From Chrysomallon squamiferum (lineage: Eukaryota; Animalia; Mollusca), in the NCBI GenBank assembly GCA_012295275.1, contig CM022666.1:9300001-9364000 (forward strand): a stretch of DNA of 64,000 bases. The letters run 5' to 3'. Shown here in pieces: positions 1-14,007 of this stretch. The translations under genes and the position numbers were made by a program. The notes beneath the pieces are model-generated. The model did not search any database. It worked only from the letters and a program-made list of their open reading frames with translations, and had not been told where the DNA came from. The stretch's first letter is position 1, and each line of letters opens with the position of its first letter.

Positions 1-2350
1 ACATTGCTTTTAAATATAACCATATATATTGCTTTGTAATCTCACTTGCTCTGTAATTTCAGTAACTTTGTTTACATTACATGGAAAAAAAACAAAGAAC
101 TACACAGTATTTGGAATGTCGTTTAATTAATATTTTTATTAGTTTCATGTAAAATATGTGAAAATGGTATTTTAACGATAATAAAATTCTGATAAATGAA
201 AAATGGTAGAAATAACAGAAAGAATAGCCACACATTGTTTTAAAAAAAACTGTTTGGGTTTTTTTGGGGATGATTTATGACTGACATGAAAGGCAGTTTT
301 TCAAGGTTCAAAATAGTTGGTGTAAGGGTGGAGAGAAAAGCAAACAAAATGAATGTTCTGTTTTGACAGGTAGGTATACTAAATATCTCTGCAGATGTTC
401 TAACTGTCCTTAGTGAATTAAATAGATATCTGATAGTTGTAGCTGTGTGATACTCAGTGAAGAGATTCAAGTAGTAATACAAACAATTTAAGTGTGTTTT
501 AACTCAAGTAGTGATACATAAAAAAAATAAGCATTTTCAGATTTTGACTGAAAAAGTGATAAAATGAATTTAAGAATGTGTTGACTGAAGTATTGATATA
601 AATAATTTAAAAATGTCATTGACTAAAGAACTAATTTAAAAAAAAACAAAAAAACTTTGATTGAACAAATGATATAAAGATATTTTAACTGAAGTAGTGA
701 TATAAATAAAGATATATGAACTGAAATTACGTATGTAGTAGATGTGTGAATTGTGTTTGTGTGTACATAATACATCAGCTGTGTGTGAAATATGACAGGT
801 CCTGTTGACATCACTTTTTACCTGTATCTTACCTTCATTTTAACTCTATTTAACTTTTTACAGTCAAAATATTTAAGATTTATTTATTTATTTTGTTTTA
901 TGATTGTTTGAAATTAATTTATCTTAGTGTTTTGGAAATAATAACAAGAAGGAATACTAATGATTAATAAAATAAAGTAAAATGAAATAAACACACACAC
1001 ACACACATGTACACTCACACATTTTTCTCATATGGATATATGTATATTTGTGTATCAATGTGTTCTTGTGTATGTGTATTCACACATACATTTTTCCATC
1101 ATTCTGATTTTCTCTGTTTTTCTTTCACTTCTTCAATCTCTTATCATCTGTTACTCTTTCTCGTACCTTCTCAATGGGTTTTGAGTAGATGCATATGCAT
1201 GTTTCTTTCTATATATAGATGGAGAAAAACAGTGAGAACAAGATTAAGTTTGCTGTGGAATACAGGAAAGGTTTCAGGAAAAGCATGATAAATGTCAAAT
1301 TCAAAATTTACTTTATTATAATTTATATATAATATTTAGTCAAACTTATCTTTACCTAAATATTTTGATTTCCTTAAAACATATTTCTTCCCTTTAGAAA
1401 ATGTAACATATTCCCGTCACAGATATATATGCATAAAATGAATGTGTCTAGCTATAAGGATAACTAATATGTAAATAATTTTATAAATTATTTCTATATT
1501 ACTCTATTTTATTATTATTATTATCATTTATTAATTTTTATTATTATCATTTTTTAATTAAATTTAAAAATGATTTGACATTGCAGATTAGATATCTATG
1601 CCAGACTTGCATAAAATATTTTCTTTTTCTTCCATTTTGCATCACAAAATAAACCTGGTTTAGATTTCATATTCATTTCTTTGTACTGACAACCTAAACT
1701 ACATGCAGCCTAGAAGATAACTGTAAATATTTTGTAAGCTGATTTAACCTGGAATAAATGTAGGTTGGCAGATACAGATTCAGCTGTCATACTTTGCCTT
1801 TGGTATTTATTCTTTCTTTCTTCCTTTCATTTGTTTCTTATTTTTATTTTTTATTGCTTCACAGTCTAAACTTGATGAACTTTTTAATTTTTAAAATCAT
1901 TCTTATATGAAAACTTTTCCTTCATTCATCTCTTTTCTTTCCTTTCTTTTTTCTTTTTCTGTCTTATTTTTTCTTTTTCTTTGTCTCTCTATCTGCATTT
2001 CTCTCAATCTCACTCTCTCTTTCTCTCGCGCTCTCTCCCTCTCCACTATTCCTCCTCATTTCACAGTCCTAGCCTTCTGTGAGAGTTAATATAAATTTAA
2101 ATTGTGACTTTAACATGAAAGTACGTTTCAGATATTTGACATAGTTCAGAATCTGCTATCTTGTCTTGGAAATCCATACCAGCACTGAGAGATAAGTAAA
2201 AACATGGAAAGAAGAAAGAAAAAAAGTTATGTACATGTCCTGATTCCTGTATATCTAAAAATAGAACTGTCTACTAAGAACAAAGCAATGTTTCCAAATC
2301 TGTGTGTAAATAATTTACCATATTTAAGGGGGAAAACAGAACACACACAC

Positions 2351-2389
<39 letters not shown>

Positions 2390-3217
2390 CCACACATCAA
2401 CACATAAAGACACAGTTCAATTTACATTAGTCATGTTATAAACTTGGAGGTTGGGGAAACATCTGTTTATTTATAAATAAAATAAAATTTAAAAGATAAA
2501 AATTGTACAAGTTACGTTAGATGTATTATTATTTAATTTATGTAAGAATTTGTGTCTCAGTAGGCTACAAGATACTTTGTAGTAATTGTAAATAGTTTAT
2601 TTATGTAAAGATTGTAATAATTAAAATGTACAAACAATTACAAAACAGTCATAAGTGTAAAAAAAAAAATACTAGCACTTTTACAAGTATAACCAAAAGA
2701 AAATAATGTAATACATATTGTTAACTGCAAACAATTAAATACATTATATTAAAAGAAAAAATTACATATAGTAAGATATACAAGTGTAAATTGTAAAACA
2801 TGTAATTTGTAGTTAAATAAAATTACATTGTAATACAAATGTCTAACTCAGTTTTATTATCTGTGCTACAAAGTGAGTTTTGTAGCTGCATGTTATTATT
2901 CTGCTCTGTGGCCGGCTGCTGCTGTTTTCATACAAAACTGAAATACTGTATTTGTAATGAACTGATTACAGATGCATACTCAGAGCAGCTACATCAGAGA
3001 ATCCAACATTTATGTCAGATGTGTAATGATTTATTAATATTTATTTTTACTGAAACATTATCTGTAGCCAAGAGAACTAGCATCACCTCAGTTTCCATCA
3101 AATACATTTCTTTATTAATAATATTTCGCTCTCTGTTTCTCTTTTTTCTTTCTGTCACTCTTGCTCTTTTTCTTCCCCCTCTCTTTCTAGATGCACATAC
3201 ATGAAGCCATGTGATAA

Positions 3218-3252
<35 letters not shown>

Positions 3253-4139
3253 TGATAATAAAACTAATAAATTTGGATTTAATGATTATGTACTTGTTAA
3301 GACTAGCAGACTGCAGTGACTCACACATGAATCATTTGATTTTCTTTCTGCAGGGCAGTTATCTAAAACATGTCTAATAGCATTCCGAGACAGAACCAGT
3401 CAGACACACATAACACACTATAATACACAATAACACACAGTAGATGTAATCTAATGTAATTAACACACACTTAATGTAAGATAAAATTAAACACATACAT
3501 CAGTGTTACTGTTAGAAAGTCAAATCAAAACACCCTGACCAACTTAAGATAGAGTGAACAGTGCTAAGAATCAAATAATGAAATTTGAGGCTTCTAATTA
3601 TATACAACAAGAAAAAGAAAGGAATTGTTCTCTATAATTAGAATCCTTGAATTTCAAAAAATTATATATTTAAAATAAAGAAGGAAAGAAATAAAATCTG
3701 TTCTTATTTTAAAAAAAGATTTTTTATTTTATTTTAAACATCTCACTGATTCAGTTATTTAATTTTACTGACTGCATGCTTCCTTATAACTTTTTGTTGT
3801 CTTTATTCCTAAGAAAACAAAGTATTCATAAAGCAATTTATAATTAGCTATGTGTCTCTGGCAATGTTTTTTGGTAGCTGTTTCTTAAATGTTTTCAATA
3901 TTATAATAAATATTATTTTTGGATTAATGCTGCAAGAATACCACAATTGCTCTGTACAAATGTGCATGTGTGTGTGCATGAGTGAGTGAGACACTTTCCT
4001 GTATTTTTGAAATATGCTTCATTTCTGATAGTTCAGTTATGTCCCATGGCAGTATCGGTATACAACAAGTATAGATAACTAATAATGGTCACAAACAAAT
4101 ATATTTACAATTTGTGTATCTTTATTTTTTTTAATTCAG

Positions 4140-4284
4140 ATTTATCAAAGAATCGACTCAATGAGGTACCACCAGAAGTGTGTGAGTACCAGTCAATGGA
4201 GAAACTCAGCTGCTACCACAACGTCATCAAAAACATACCTGAAGCCATTGTACAGCTTCAAGCACTAACTCATCTTAACTTGAG
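4140..4284 (+). CDS. LRCH: LRCH exon, LRR (DLSKNRLNEVPPEVCEYQSMEKLSCYHNVIKNIPEAIVQLQALTHLNL)
   Basis: ttcag acceptor, AG|gtaatt donor, phase 1 to 2, LRR consensus. Confidence 0.92.
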
Positions 4285-7200
4285 GTAATTTTTATTTTTA
4301 CAACAGCAAATTGTTTTTGTTTCACAATTAACTTTGTTACTTATATTTATAGTTAATTTGAGACAATTTTTATTTTTAAAATAAATTGACTTTGTTACTT
4401 ACATTTTTAGTTAACTTGAAGGCATCAGATATTTATCACATAGTAAAAAGGTTATATTTAGTACATAATTTATTTTAATTATATTTAAAGCTAGAATTAA
4501 TCTGAGACTACAGTATCCCATTACTAAATAGTTTATGTTAAGAGGCTGACATTTTTTATGTTAACTACACTTGCACTCACTTGGTAGCAGGTTTTAACAG
4601 GAAAATATGGAATTATTTTTACACTAAACTAAAAGAGCAGATCTAAAACAGAATGAGTGTATTTTAGGTGGTGTGATCAAGCAACCTTAATAAACTTTCT
4701 CATTTTCCAGATAATTTTTATTTATTCCTACAAACTAATCTTTATTAATAATAAAGTAAAATTAAATAACAAATATTTATTAATAATAAAGTGTAATTAA
4801 ATAACTCTTTATTAATAATAAATTGAAATTAAATAACAAATCTTTATTAATAATAAAGAAAAGCTAAATAAATCTTCATATATTATGTATATATATATAT
4901 ATATATATATTATGTACAAGATGACAGATGTAAATGTGACAAAGGAAAGTTATTAAAGACAGTTTGTTATTTAATTTTACTTTATTATTAATAAAGATTT
5001 GTTATTTAATTTTGTTTTATTGTTAATGAAGATTTATTTAACTTTCCTTTATTATTAATAAAGATTTATTTACGTTCCTAGGATATTAATAAAGGTTTGA
5101 ACTGGAAAATATGGAATAATTTTTTTTTTTATTATTTTTTTTAGCCGGAACCAGCTGACAGTGCTACCACCATATTTATGTCATCTGCAGATGTTAGAGG
5201 TTCTTATTGGCAGCAACAACAAACTGGTTTCTCTTCCTGAGGAAATTGGAAAACTTGAAAAGCTGATGGATTTGGTAAATCTTGTCTATTTTAAGAATTA
5301 ATAAATGAATGTTGATCAAACCATAGTGGCTTCAAAAATTGCATGTCTGTGCCCAAGTTTATATTAATAGTTCCCTTTCAGATGCCTGATTCTGAAAACT
5401 CACCAAGCTGACAGACTTTGTATTAAGAATTAATAATGATTAACTTCAGCACTATTTATATGTGTGTGATTGTGTGCAAGTTTATATCAATATGTCCATA
5501 TACACATATACACACACATACACATTCACACTATTTTATGTATGTGTATAATATGTATGTATGTTTGTATGTATATGTATATATGTATGTATGTATTATC
5601 TTGTGTACGTATGTATGTATGAGCATGTTTCTGTGTTAGAGAGCAATTCACACCAATGTTTTACCTGTATGTACAGTTTAAAAAATATATATATATTTTC
5701 AGGATGTGAGTTGTAATGAGATTTCCCACCTACCTGTACAGATTGGAGATCTGACATCTTTGAAATGTCTCAACATCAGACGAAATCTCCTTGTCGAGTT
5801 ACCAGTAGGTCTGTACTGAATTACTTGTATATTTGTATTTGTTGAGTTAATTGTAGCTTTGTATCATTGAGTTACCAACAATTTTGTATTTGTTGAATTA
5901 CAGTTTGTTTCCATTGAGTTATAGACAACATTGAATTGCCACTAATATTTATCTGTTAAATTATAAATAGTTTGTTTTGTAAATTTAAGGTTACCTGTAT
6001 ATAGTTTACAGGCCTGTAGGATATGTATGCATCATCCCATAGCGTGCCACGGTCCATCCATGGATATGTAAAAAAATAATAAAATAAAAAATAAATTGTC
6101 TGAAAATATGAAATTTACTTCCCAGAATCAATCAATGAAATGCATCTCCAGCATTCTAAATTTAAAATTTTTTATGAAGGGGAGATCATGCCCCAACACA
6201 CTAGCCATCGATTACACACATACCCAATAGACATTTATCCATAGAGGCCCGAGTTTATATATTTTTAGTTACCACAGATTTATATCTTCACAGTAATGTT
6301 TTGTTTTTATCCTAAACATGTTATACTGTATTTTATTTTTTTATTCTGTTATTTAATTTTTTTAATTTTTGTTACAGAAATTAGCAAACTAAACCTAAGA
6401 AAGTTAGACTTTGCTAGTAACCGAATAGAAAAGATCCCAACTGTCTTTCGCAAAATAGACACCTTACAAGAAATCATCCTTGACAACAACCCTCTCTCAG
6501 TACCTCCTGCTCATGTGAGTACTGTTACTGTTGTTATTGTTATAATTATTATTGTTATTTTATTATTATTATTACTTGTTGTTTTTGTTATTGTTATTAT
6601 TGCTATTGCTATTATTGTAACTGCTGTTACTGTTATTATTATTGTTACTATTTACCTATATAAGATAGTAAGTACAACTCACTGTAAATATATGTCTAGT
6701 TCATGTTAGTACAAAGGATTATTACTACTTCTCTCTCTCTCTTTTAATACACAGTGTATATAATGCAACAACTATCTGTTAATTTAACACAAAATGATGA
6801 TAAAGTACATATAACATTAATATAAAAACAATAAATAAGAATATATGTTGTTCAAGAAATGCCTTTTGATTACATATATCATATCACATTAAAAGTTAAA
6901 ATAAATATTCTGATATTTAAATTGCATTAAACAATTTGTTTACATAAATGGATGCTTAAAAATCAACTTATTTATTGTCCAGTAAAAAGTTCTATTTAAT
7001 TCAGTGTGTGATGTTTTATTTTTCATTGTAATTTCTATGTCAGATCTGCACAAGGGGACGACAGCACATAATGAAATTTTTACAGAACGAAGCAGTTCGT
7101 GAGGATCGAAAACGAGGCATTCTGAACGACACAGACATGAAGCGACTAGTCAGAAAATCTCTACCTCCACAGCAGTGAGTACATCAGTGTAGATTTACTT

Positions 7201-10200
7201 AAATAACAGAAAGTAGACTAGTGTAGATTTACTTAGGCAATATTAAGTACACTAGCATAGATTTAGTTAAAAATAGTATGTACACCAGTAACGATTTAGT
7301 CAAAAAACAATAAGTACTCAAGTTCAGATTAACTTAAAAACAGTAAGTACATTTGTTCAGATTTACTTAAAAACAGTAAGTATATTTGTTCAGATATACT
7401 TAAAAACAGTAAGTATATTTGTTCAGATATACTTAAAAATCTCAGAAATCAGACTGTTAAAAGTTTTTTTTTTTTTTAATTCTTACTGAAAAACAAATTA
7501 TAATAACATAATGAAACTATTTCTCTTTGTCATAAATGGAAGACTTCAGTAAGAAAACAGATAAAATACGGAAATACACAAAATTCAGAACTGCATTTTT
7601 TGAAATTTAAATCCTTCTTTTAACAATGTATATTTAACAGCTTCTTCTTTTCATTCATTAGTGTTTGCTTTACTGTTAATTAATAGTTACATTTTCAAAT
7701 TGGAGTATATTTAATTTTTAAAAATTTCAGGACATCTGATGAATTCCGCAACATACTGGATTCTCCTGAGTCTCGCTGGAAGCGACACACTGTACTGAGC
7801 AGTGACTCGGGGTACAGCACGACAGACAGCATAGAAAAATGTGGCTGGTCAGAGGTGAGTTGACCCTGTACTAACGAGCTTCTACCTGTAACACCTGTCC
7901 TGTGGTAGACTTGAGTACAAATGTTGTTATGTGAAAAATCTCTTTTCTTTCTTTTAATAAATTAGTGCTAAAATTTATAAATAGAAAAATACTGCTTCAT
8001 TAATTTTAGTTTTTATTTTATTGTTCGTTTTTATCTAGTTATTCATCTTTCAAAATTTAATAAATAGAAATCTTAAAACTTTCTCAAATGATAAATTTTG
8101 AATAATTTATCAAGTGTGAAACATAATATACTTTATTTTGACAAAAATATAAATAAATAAATAAAAATCAAACAAATAAACAAATAATCAAACAAACAAA
8201 CCAACCAAAAAATCAATAAAAAATCAAACAAATAAATAAAGAAATAAAACAAGGAAATATAAACAAAGTAAAAGAGTGGGAAAATATATATTTCTACTTT
8301 CTGCATGTTTGAGATGGAAAGAAGTTAATACAGGCAATTTTCTGCATGAAAATATTTTTAAAAGGTGAATCTTTCTGTATTCATTATTTATGTGAACTCA
8401 ATGTTGTTTGCACACTTTGGTCTACAAGAGTTATCTTTCTTGCTAATATGACATTTGTAACAGACAGTTGTCATGGAAAATTAATTGACTGTTATCTTAA
8501 AAACTGTTTTAACACTACAAACTATTTTTATTTTGCATGGTATTCTTCAAACCTCATTGTTGTAATAGAACGTTTTTATAATGTTTTAGACAACTTTGTT
8601 ATAATTACTTTTAATTGTTAGTCTTTATTTGTCACTGGTTTAACATGTCAAAGAAAGATGAAATAACTTTCTATTAAAATAGAGATTAAACAAATAAAAC
8701 ATGTTTTTATTAAAAAAAAAAAGAAGACAAAAATAAAACAAAATGAATACAGTTTAATTGACTTAGAATAAGTAAATAATTTTTAAAAATCACTAGCAAC
8801 TTTACTATTTTGAAAATTTACAATCCTTGGTGGTTTTGCAAATGATAAAATTTTCTCTGTTCTTTCTTTCTGCCATTTATATATATATATATATAATTAT
8901 AGAGTTTTATTATTTTATTTTTTAATGTTTTGTGGGGAATTTTGTTGGGTTTTTTATGATTTATTTTACTGTGTTTATTTATTATTATTATTAATTTTGT
9001 AATTTATATTTTTCTCACAGTAAATCATAAAAAGAAGTAGGTTAATGATATGAGGTATTATCAGGGTTTGATAAAAACTTGTGAACTTGTTAACTTGATT
9101 TGTGAAACAGCTTGAAAACACTGTAAAATAATTTCTGTATTTAATAGGGGTTTTTTCTCTTTGTTATTAAAACATGGCAAATTATTACAAAATATCAACA
9201 CTACTTGAAACAAAATTAACAAAATGGTCAGCTGTTTCCAAACAGTGACACAAATTTAGGAGTGTGACAACTCCACATCTCACCAGACATACACTGAATT
9301 TGTCAAGCCCTGATTTTTCCACATTTGTTGTATTAATTTGAAAACAGTCTTTCTTTGAATACAATGTTCAATATATACAGTTTGTTGTATGTAGATTGTA
9401 CTTTTGTATCTTTTTCAGTTGAATGGCATGCAGTTCTTTTTCAAACAAAATAACTGTATGTTCATAGTGTATTTATGTATAACAGACATTTTGGTTTAGC
9501 TGTTGGAATCTCCCTCCCAACACCACAGAGCACTTGCTTGTTTCTCTGTGATATACACCAAATTTGTGAAATGCCTTTTCATCCTTTCTTGCATGTAATT
9601 TTTTAAAATGTATTTTCTTAAATTGTCTCATCAGATTACATAGCCTGCTACTAGTATTAGTTATTAGATATATATATATATTTTTTTTTTAATTTAAAAA
9701 AAAATCATCAAACAAAATATAAAGCAAATAGTCATTATTTCATGCATTTAAAGTTAATCTGCATTAATAGATATAATAAAATAAAGTTCATGTAATTGAA
9801 TTTATAAATTTATATTTATTTTTATCCCATATGAGATTTTATTTAGAAAAAAATATCTATTACTTCAAATCAGTTATAACTGATTAATAAAAAGAGAAGA
9901 GATTTTTCAGTGTGATGCATCTGTGATGTTGGGAGGAAGATCCTGTAGACAGATTTTAAATTGTTTTGTGTACTCAAGTTAATTGTGGTGTGTCCATTTT
10001 TTCCCAATACGACAATAGGGATCATCCGAGTACGAGGAAGTGAACATTCTTGCCATTAAGGCAGCTGAGGTGGTGAGAGAACAGAGGCAGGGGAGGGAAG
10101 TTGATCTACATCGCCGGTTTGATCCACACCCCCACCGTAAACTGCCATTAGAAAACCACGACATGCCCGACTATCCTCCTCCTCCCCATCCACTCTCTCC

Positions 10201-11647
10201 TCTTGAAGAGTCCCCACCCATCACCCCTCCCACCCCTGTAGCCCACGTGTCAAGTTCGTCACTCGAGGATCAGTTTACAAGGGTTAGTTGTTATTGGTTT
10301 TCCGGAAAATACTATTTACAATTTTACTTGTATTTATATTGGTTTTCAGGAAAATACTATTTAAAATTTAATTACATTTATATATCTTAAAACTAACCTT
10401 TACAAGAGCACCAAAATAGAGGATTGTGCTGAACACAGATATTACTTGACATATGGTGGTGGGCCTGGGGATTGCATGGTGTTAGCTTTCTTAAGTTTAG
10501 ACTGGATTTCATAAAAACTCACACATATACTGAAATGTTTCTGTTATTTGGAAGAGGACATACCTGATCGTATTTTTATGATATCTGATTATTTAAATAC
10601 TTGCTGTTTGATATTAATCTGAGACTAATATAATATTTAAAACTCATTTTCAATGACTAAAGAAAAAATATGTTAATAAAAATAATCTGTTTTTCTATAA
10701 CAAATTAATCAATTGGTAAAGTCAGTTCTCTAGTTCTAGTTTCATAATTCACTATATTTGTAAATTAGATTCATATAGAGATGGATTGATGGAATTAAAT
10801 ACTGGCTCAGTAATTTAGATGCAGTGGATTTAATTCATTTTTCCCAATCCAGCCAGATCCTACATCTAAAGTATGTTGTGTCCTCTGTATGTAAAAGTCT
10901 GTATTCTTCACACACATACAACTAAAACTGTATTTAGTTGAAAATCAACATGGTGCTAGTTAGTATGTTAGTGTTAGATAATATTTTGTGGATTAAATAA
11001 TTTAACAGATGTAGAGTTAACATCACTGTCATGTCACATAGACTTTGATTAATCAGCTTGGTAAAACTGAATAAACTAATCTGTTCAAAGTTAGACTTGT
11101 TTTATTTTTATTACAACAATTTAGAATTTTTTAGTAAGAAGTGGGGATTAACTAGTAAAAAAGAACTCCCTCATTGTTTAACTGTCACTCAATCTTTCTT
11201 TCAAAATAAAATAATTTAACTTTAACAATCTTCTAAAATTCTCTTTTAGAAATGTGAAATAATTTATTACAAAATTTAGAAAACTAAATCGATCCTAGAT
11301 TATGCTCAGTAATTTTTGGATTATTCAGAAAGTTACAAAACCCTTCAAACAGAAGTTTGATAAAAAAAATCTTTTACATTATTATTATTTGGTGTTTTTA
11401 TTATTAAATTTGGTGTTGAACTTTTAATCACAACTTAAATGTTCTTTCTTGCTTTTGTACATTTTGCTTTTTTGACACTGTTTGCTTTCTGTGTGTTTTG
11501 TTTGTTAGTTTATTTTAGCACACTGATTTGTAGAAAGTAGAATATTTCTAACATAATTCATGTTTCTCTTATTTTTTACCATGAAACTATAAATTCTGTT
11601 TAATAATTATTATTTACACATAAAAAATCACAATATTTCTGATTTGA

Positions 11648-11692
<45 letters not shown>

Positions 11693-13305
11693 ATTTATTA
11701 CTTGCTTTTACTAAAATTGTGATATGTTGTGTTGCTAGGATTTACTAAATAGTGGTTTATTGAGTTGCTCAGGCATACAAAATAGTGATTTATTGTGTTG
11801 CTAGGAGTTACAGAGACAAAAAATGGATTATGAACGTCGCAAGAAACTGGCTGAACAGCTTCGACTTCAGCAGGAGGAGGAGGAGAGAGAGGAACGTAGG
11901 AGAATGGCTTTGAGGCTGCAAGAGGAGCAGCAAGCTGTGTTAGAGAGGCAGAGAGAGGAGCAACAGAGGCAGATGGAGGAGGCAAAGCTTGCAGAGGAGA
12001 CAAGGAGGCAGGAGGAAGCTAGACAGCAAGAAGAGTTGAGAAGACAGGTATTAAAATCTGTGTTTACTGAAAATACTCTGTTACATTTATATGTGCATAC
12101 AATGTTTACTGCACCATAGTAAATTGTTAATTCTTTTTCTAAATATTTTTTTAACTTTTTTCTTTATTTTAGCAAAATATTTTTTATTTGCACTTTTTCT
12201 TTCACATCTTTATCATCTCTCTCTCTTATCGCTATCTCTCTCTCCATTTTTCATTCTCTATATTTCTGATCATTATTTCTTACAGGAAGAACTGCGACTT
12301 CAGGAAGAAGAACGGCAGAGGGAGGAAGCTCGACTGAAGGAAGAGCAGAGACTAAGAGAAGAACAGAATCAGAGGGAGGAAACTAAGAAAGCTGAGGCAG
12401 GCAGACGTACAAAACTTGACAACAAGTATGTTTTTGTGTTTATTTAATTTATTTATTTATTCATATTATAATTACTGCAAACAGTAATAAAGCAATCAGA
12501 ATTTTATTTGAGAGAAACAAATTTAGGGTTTAGACTTCAAATTCAGATGATAATATTTTAATTAAATAAAAAGTATGTATATCAAATCTAAATTCTTTTT
12601 AATTATATAAAAAATAAAATAAAATGACATTTTATGAAAGAATTTATTAAAAAAAGTCATTCTGTGCATATTTCAGACATTTTTTCTTAAAATCATTAAA
12701 CATTTGCTATACACAGATTTCATTTCTAAATTCATTTTAATTTTCTTTTTATAATACAGAGTTAAAATAAATAAATAAACTCATCCTGCCTAATCATAAA
12801 AATTTGAAAAAATCATGAAATAATTTTGAGATTAAATAAATAATTATTATAATTTTATGCTTTTACACATAGAATTATTTATGTGTCCATTAGTAATTGA
12901 AAGATATTTTTGTTTTGCAAATATATTTGAGAAATTACTTTTCAAAGCACAAAAACTACTTTTCTTTGTGTATTTTAAACTATTCTCTTCCTGTTTATCA
13001 CTGCTTACAATTAATCAAATATACACTAACACATCAAATAATAAAATAATGTTTAATATGGTAAAAACTTAAATACACTTTAGAGGTTATTAAAGTACAA
13101 TTCACAACTCATAAGTCATGTGACTTGTTTAGTGAAAATAATTTTTTAAACTAGTTTAAAACATTTTATATTATCTTTATATATGCTGTACATATATTCT
13201 AGAACTAGAAAATTTAGAAACATTCCTTTTACTTCATAGGGTATAATATATCACTTTATTATATTTTTTATTTATTAACATGTTTAGTATAGAAGTGTTT
13301 ATATA

Positions 13306-13361
<56 letters not shown>

Positions 13362-13949
13362 TAAATGTACAAAAAGTGTAGTATTACACAATTATGAAAT
13401 TTTAATATTAATAAATATTTGACAGTAATTTACACAATAGTATAATTAAGTGCATATATACTGAGGAATTTTTCTCTGCACTTTGGCATGCCGATTGTAG
13501 ACTAGCAATAAAGCTTGTACATATATACACTTTCCATTAACAAGGAGGTCAACGACACGACCCACTCCCCGCCGTCACACGGTTACAGTAGATACTAGCA
13601 AGAAGAGGTATATATATATATATCTATATATCTATATTCGTGGCATTGTTTTAGGTGGAGGGTCTTTAACGGCTAGTGCTTTTTACAAATTAACGCTTTC
13701 ATAACTCCACAGCGGTCAGTTTTCATTATCAGTCCTCTTAGTTTCTTCACATTCTTAAAATCATTAATTAATGTTTGTACCCATTTTGATAAATCCTATA
13801 TTCAGGGATTTTTGGTTGCTGTTGGACAGAGGTGTGTTTTTTTGGTGTGGGTTTTTGAAGAAGGCTTTTTGGAAGGTTGTGTTGGTGTTTGCTTTTGGAG
13901 TGAAACATTAACTTGATAATTATTAATAATTTGATTTGATTGATTTATA

Positions 13950-14007
<58 letters not shown>

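Noticed and set aside
1219-1270. 52-nt ATG-initiated segment (MEKNSENKIKFAVEYRK) between tag and G|gtttca, phase-compatible with LRCH exon 4140
   Set aside because: Weak donor, no resemblance to the expected LRCH N-terminal LRR exon, and it would frameshift if used as a cassette; could be chance
6010-6255. Possible non-autonomous transposon fragment (also 41280-41730 and 52800-53810)
   Set aside because: Only vague resemblance to dispersed invertebrate repeats; no clear TIR or TSD, so unclassifiable without a library search
9419-9600. Possible microexons near TGCATG clusters in the intron between 7854 and 10019
   Set aside because: No acceptor/donor pair giving a frame-preserving exon with a canonical donor
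11698-12003. Minus-strand 101-aa ORF (also 9979-10164, 18569-18757, 33384-33629)
   Set aside because: Antisense shadows of real + strand LRCH exons
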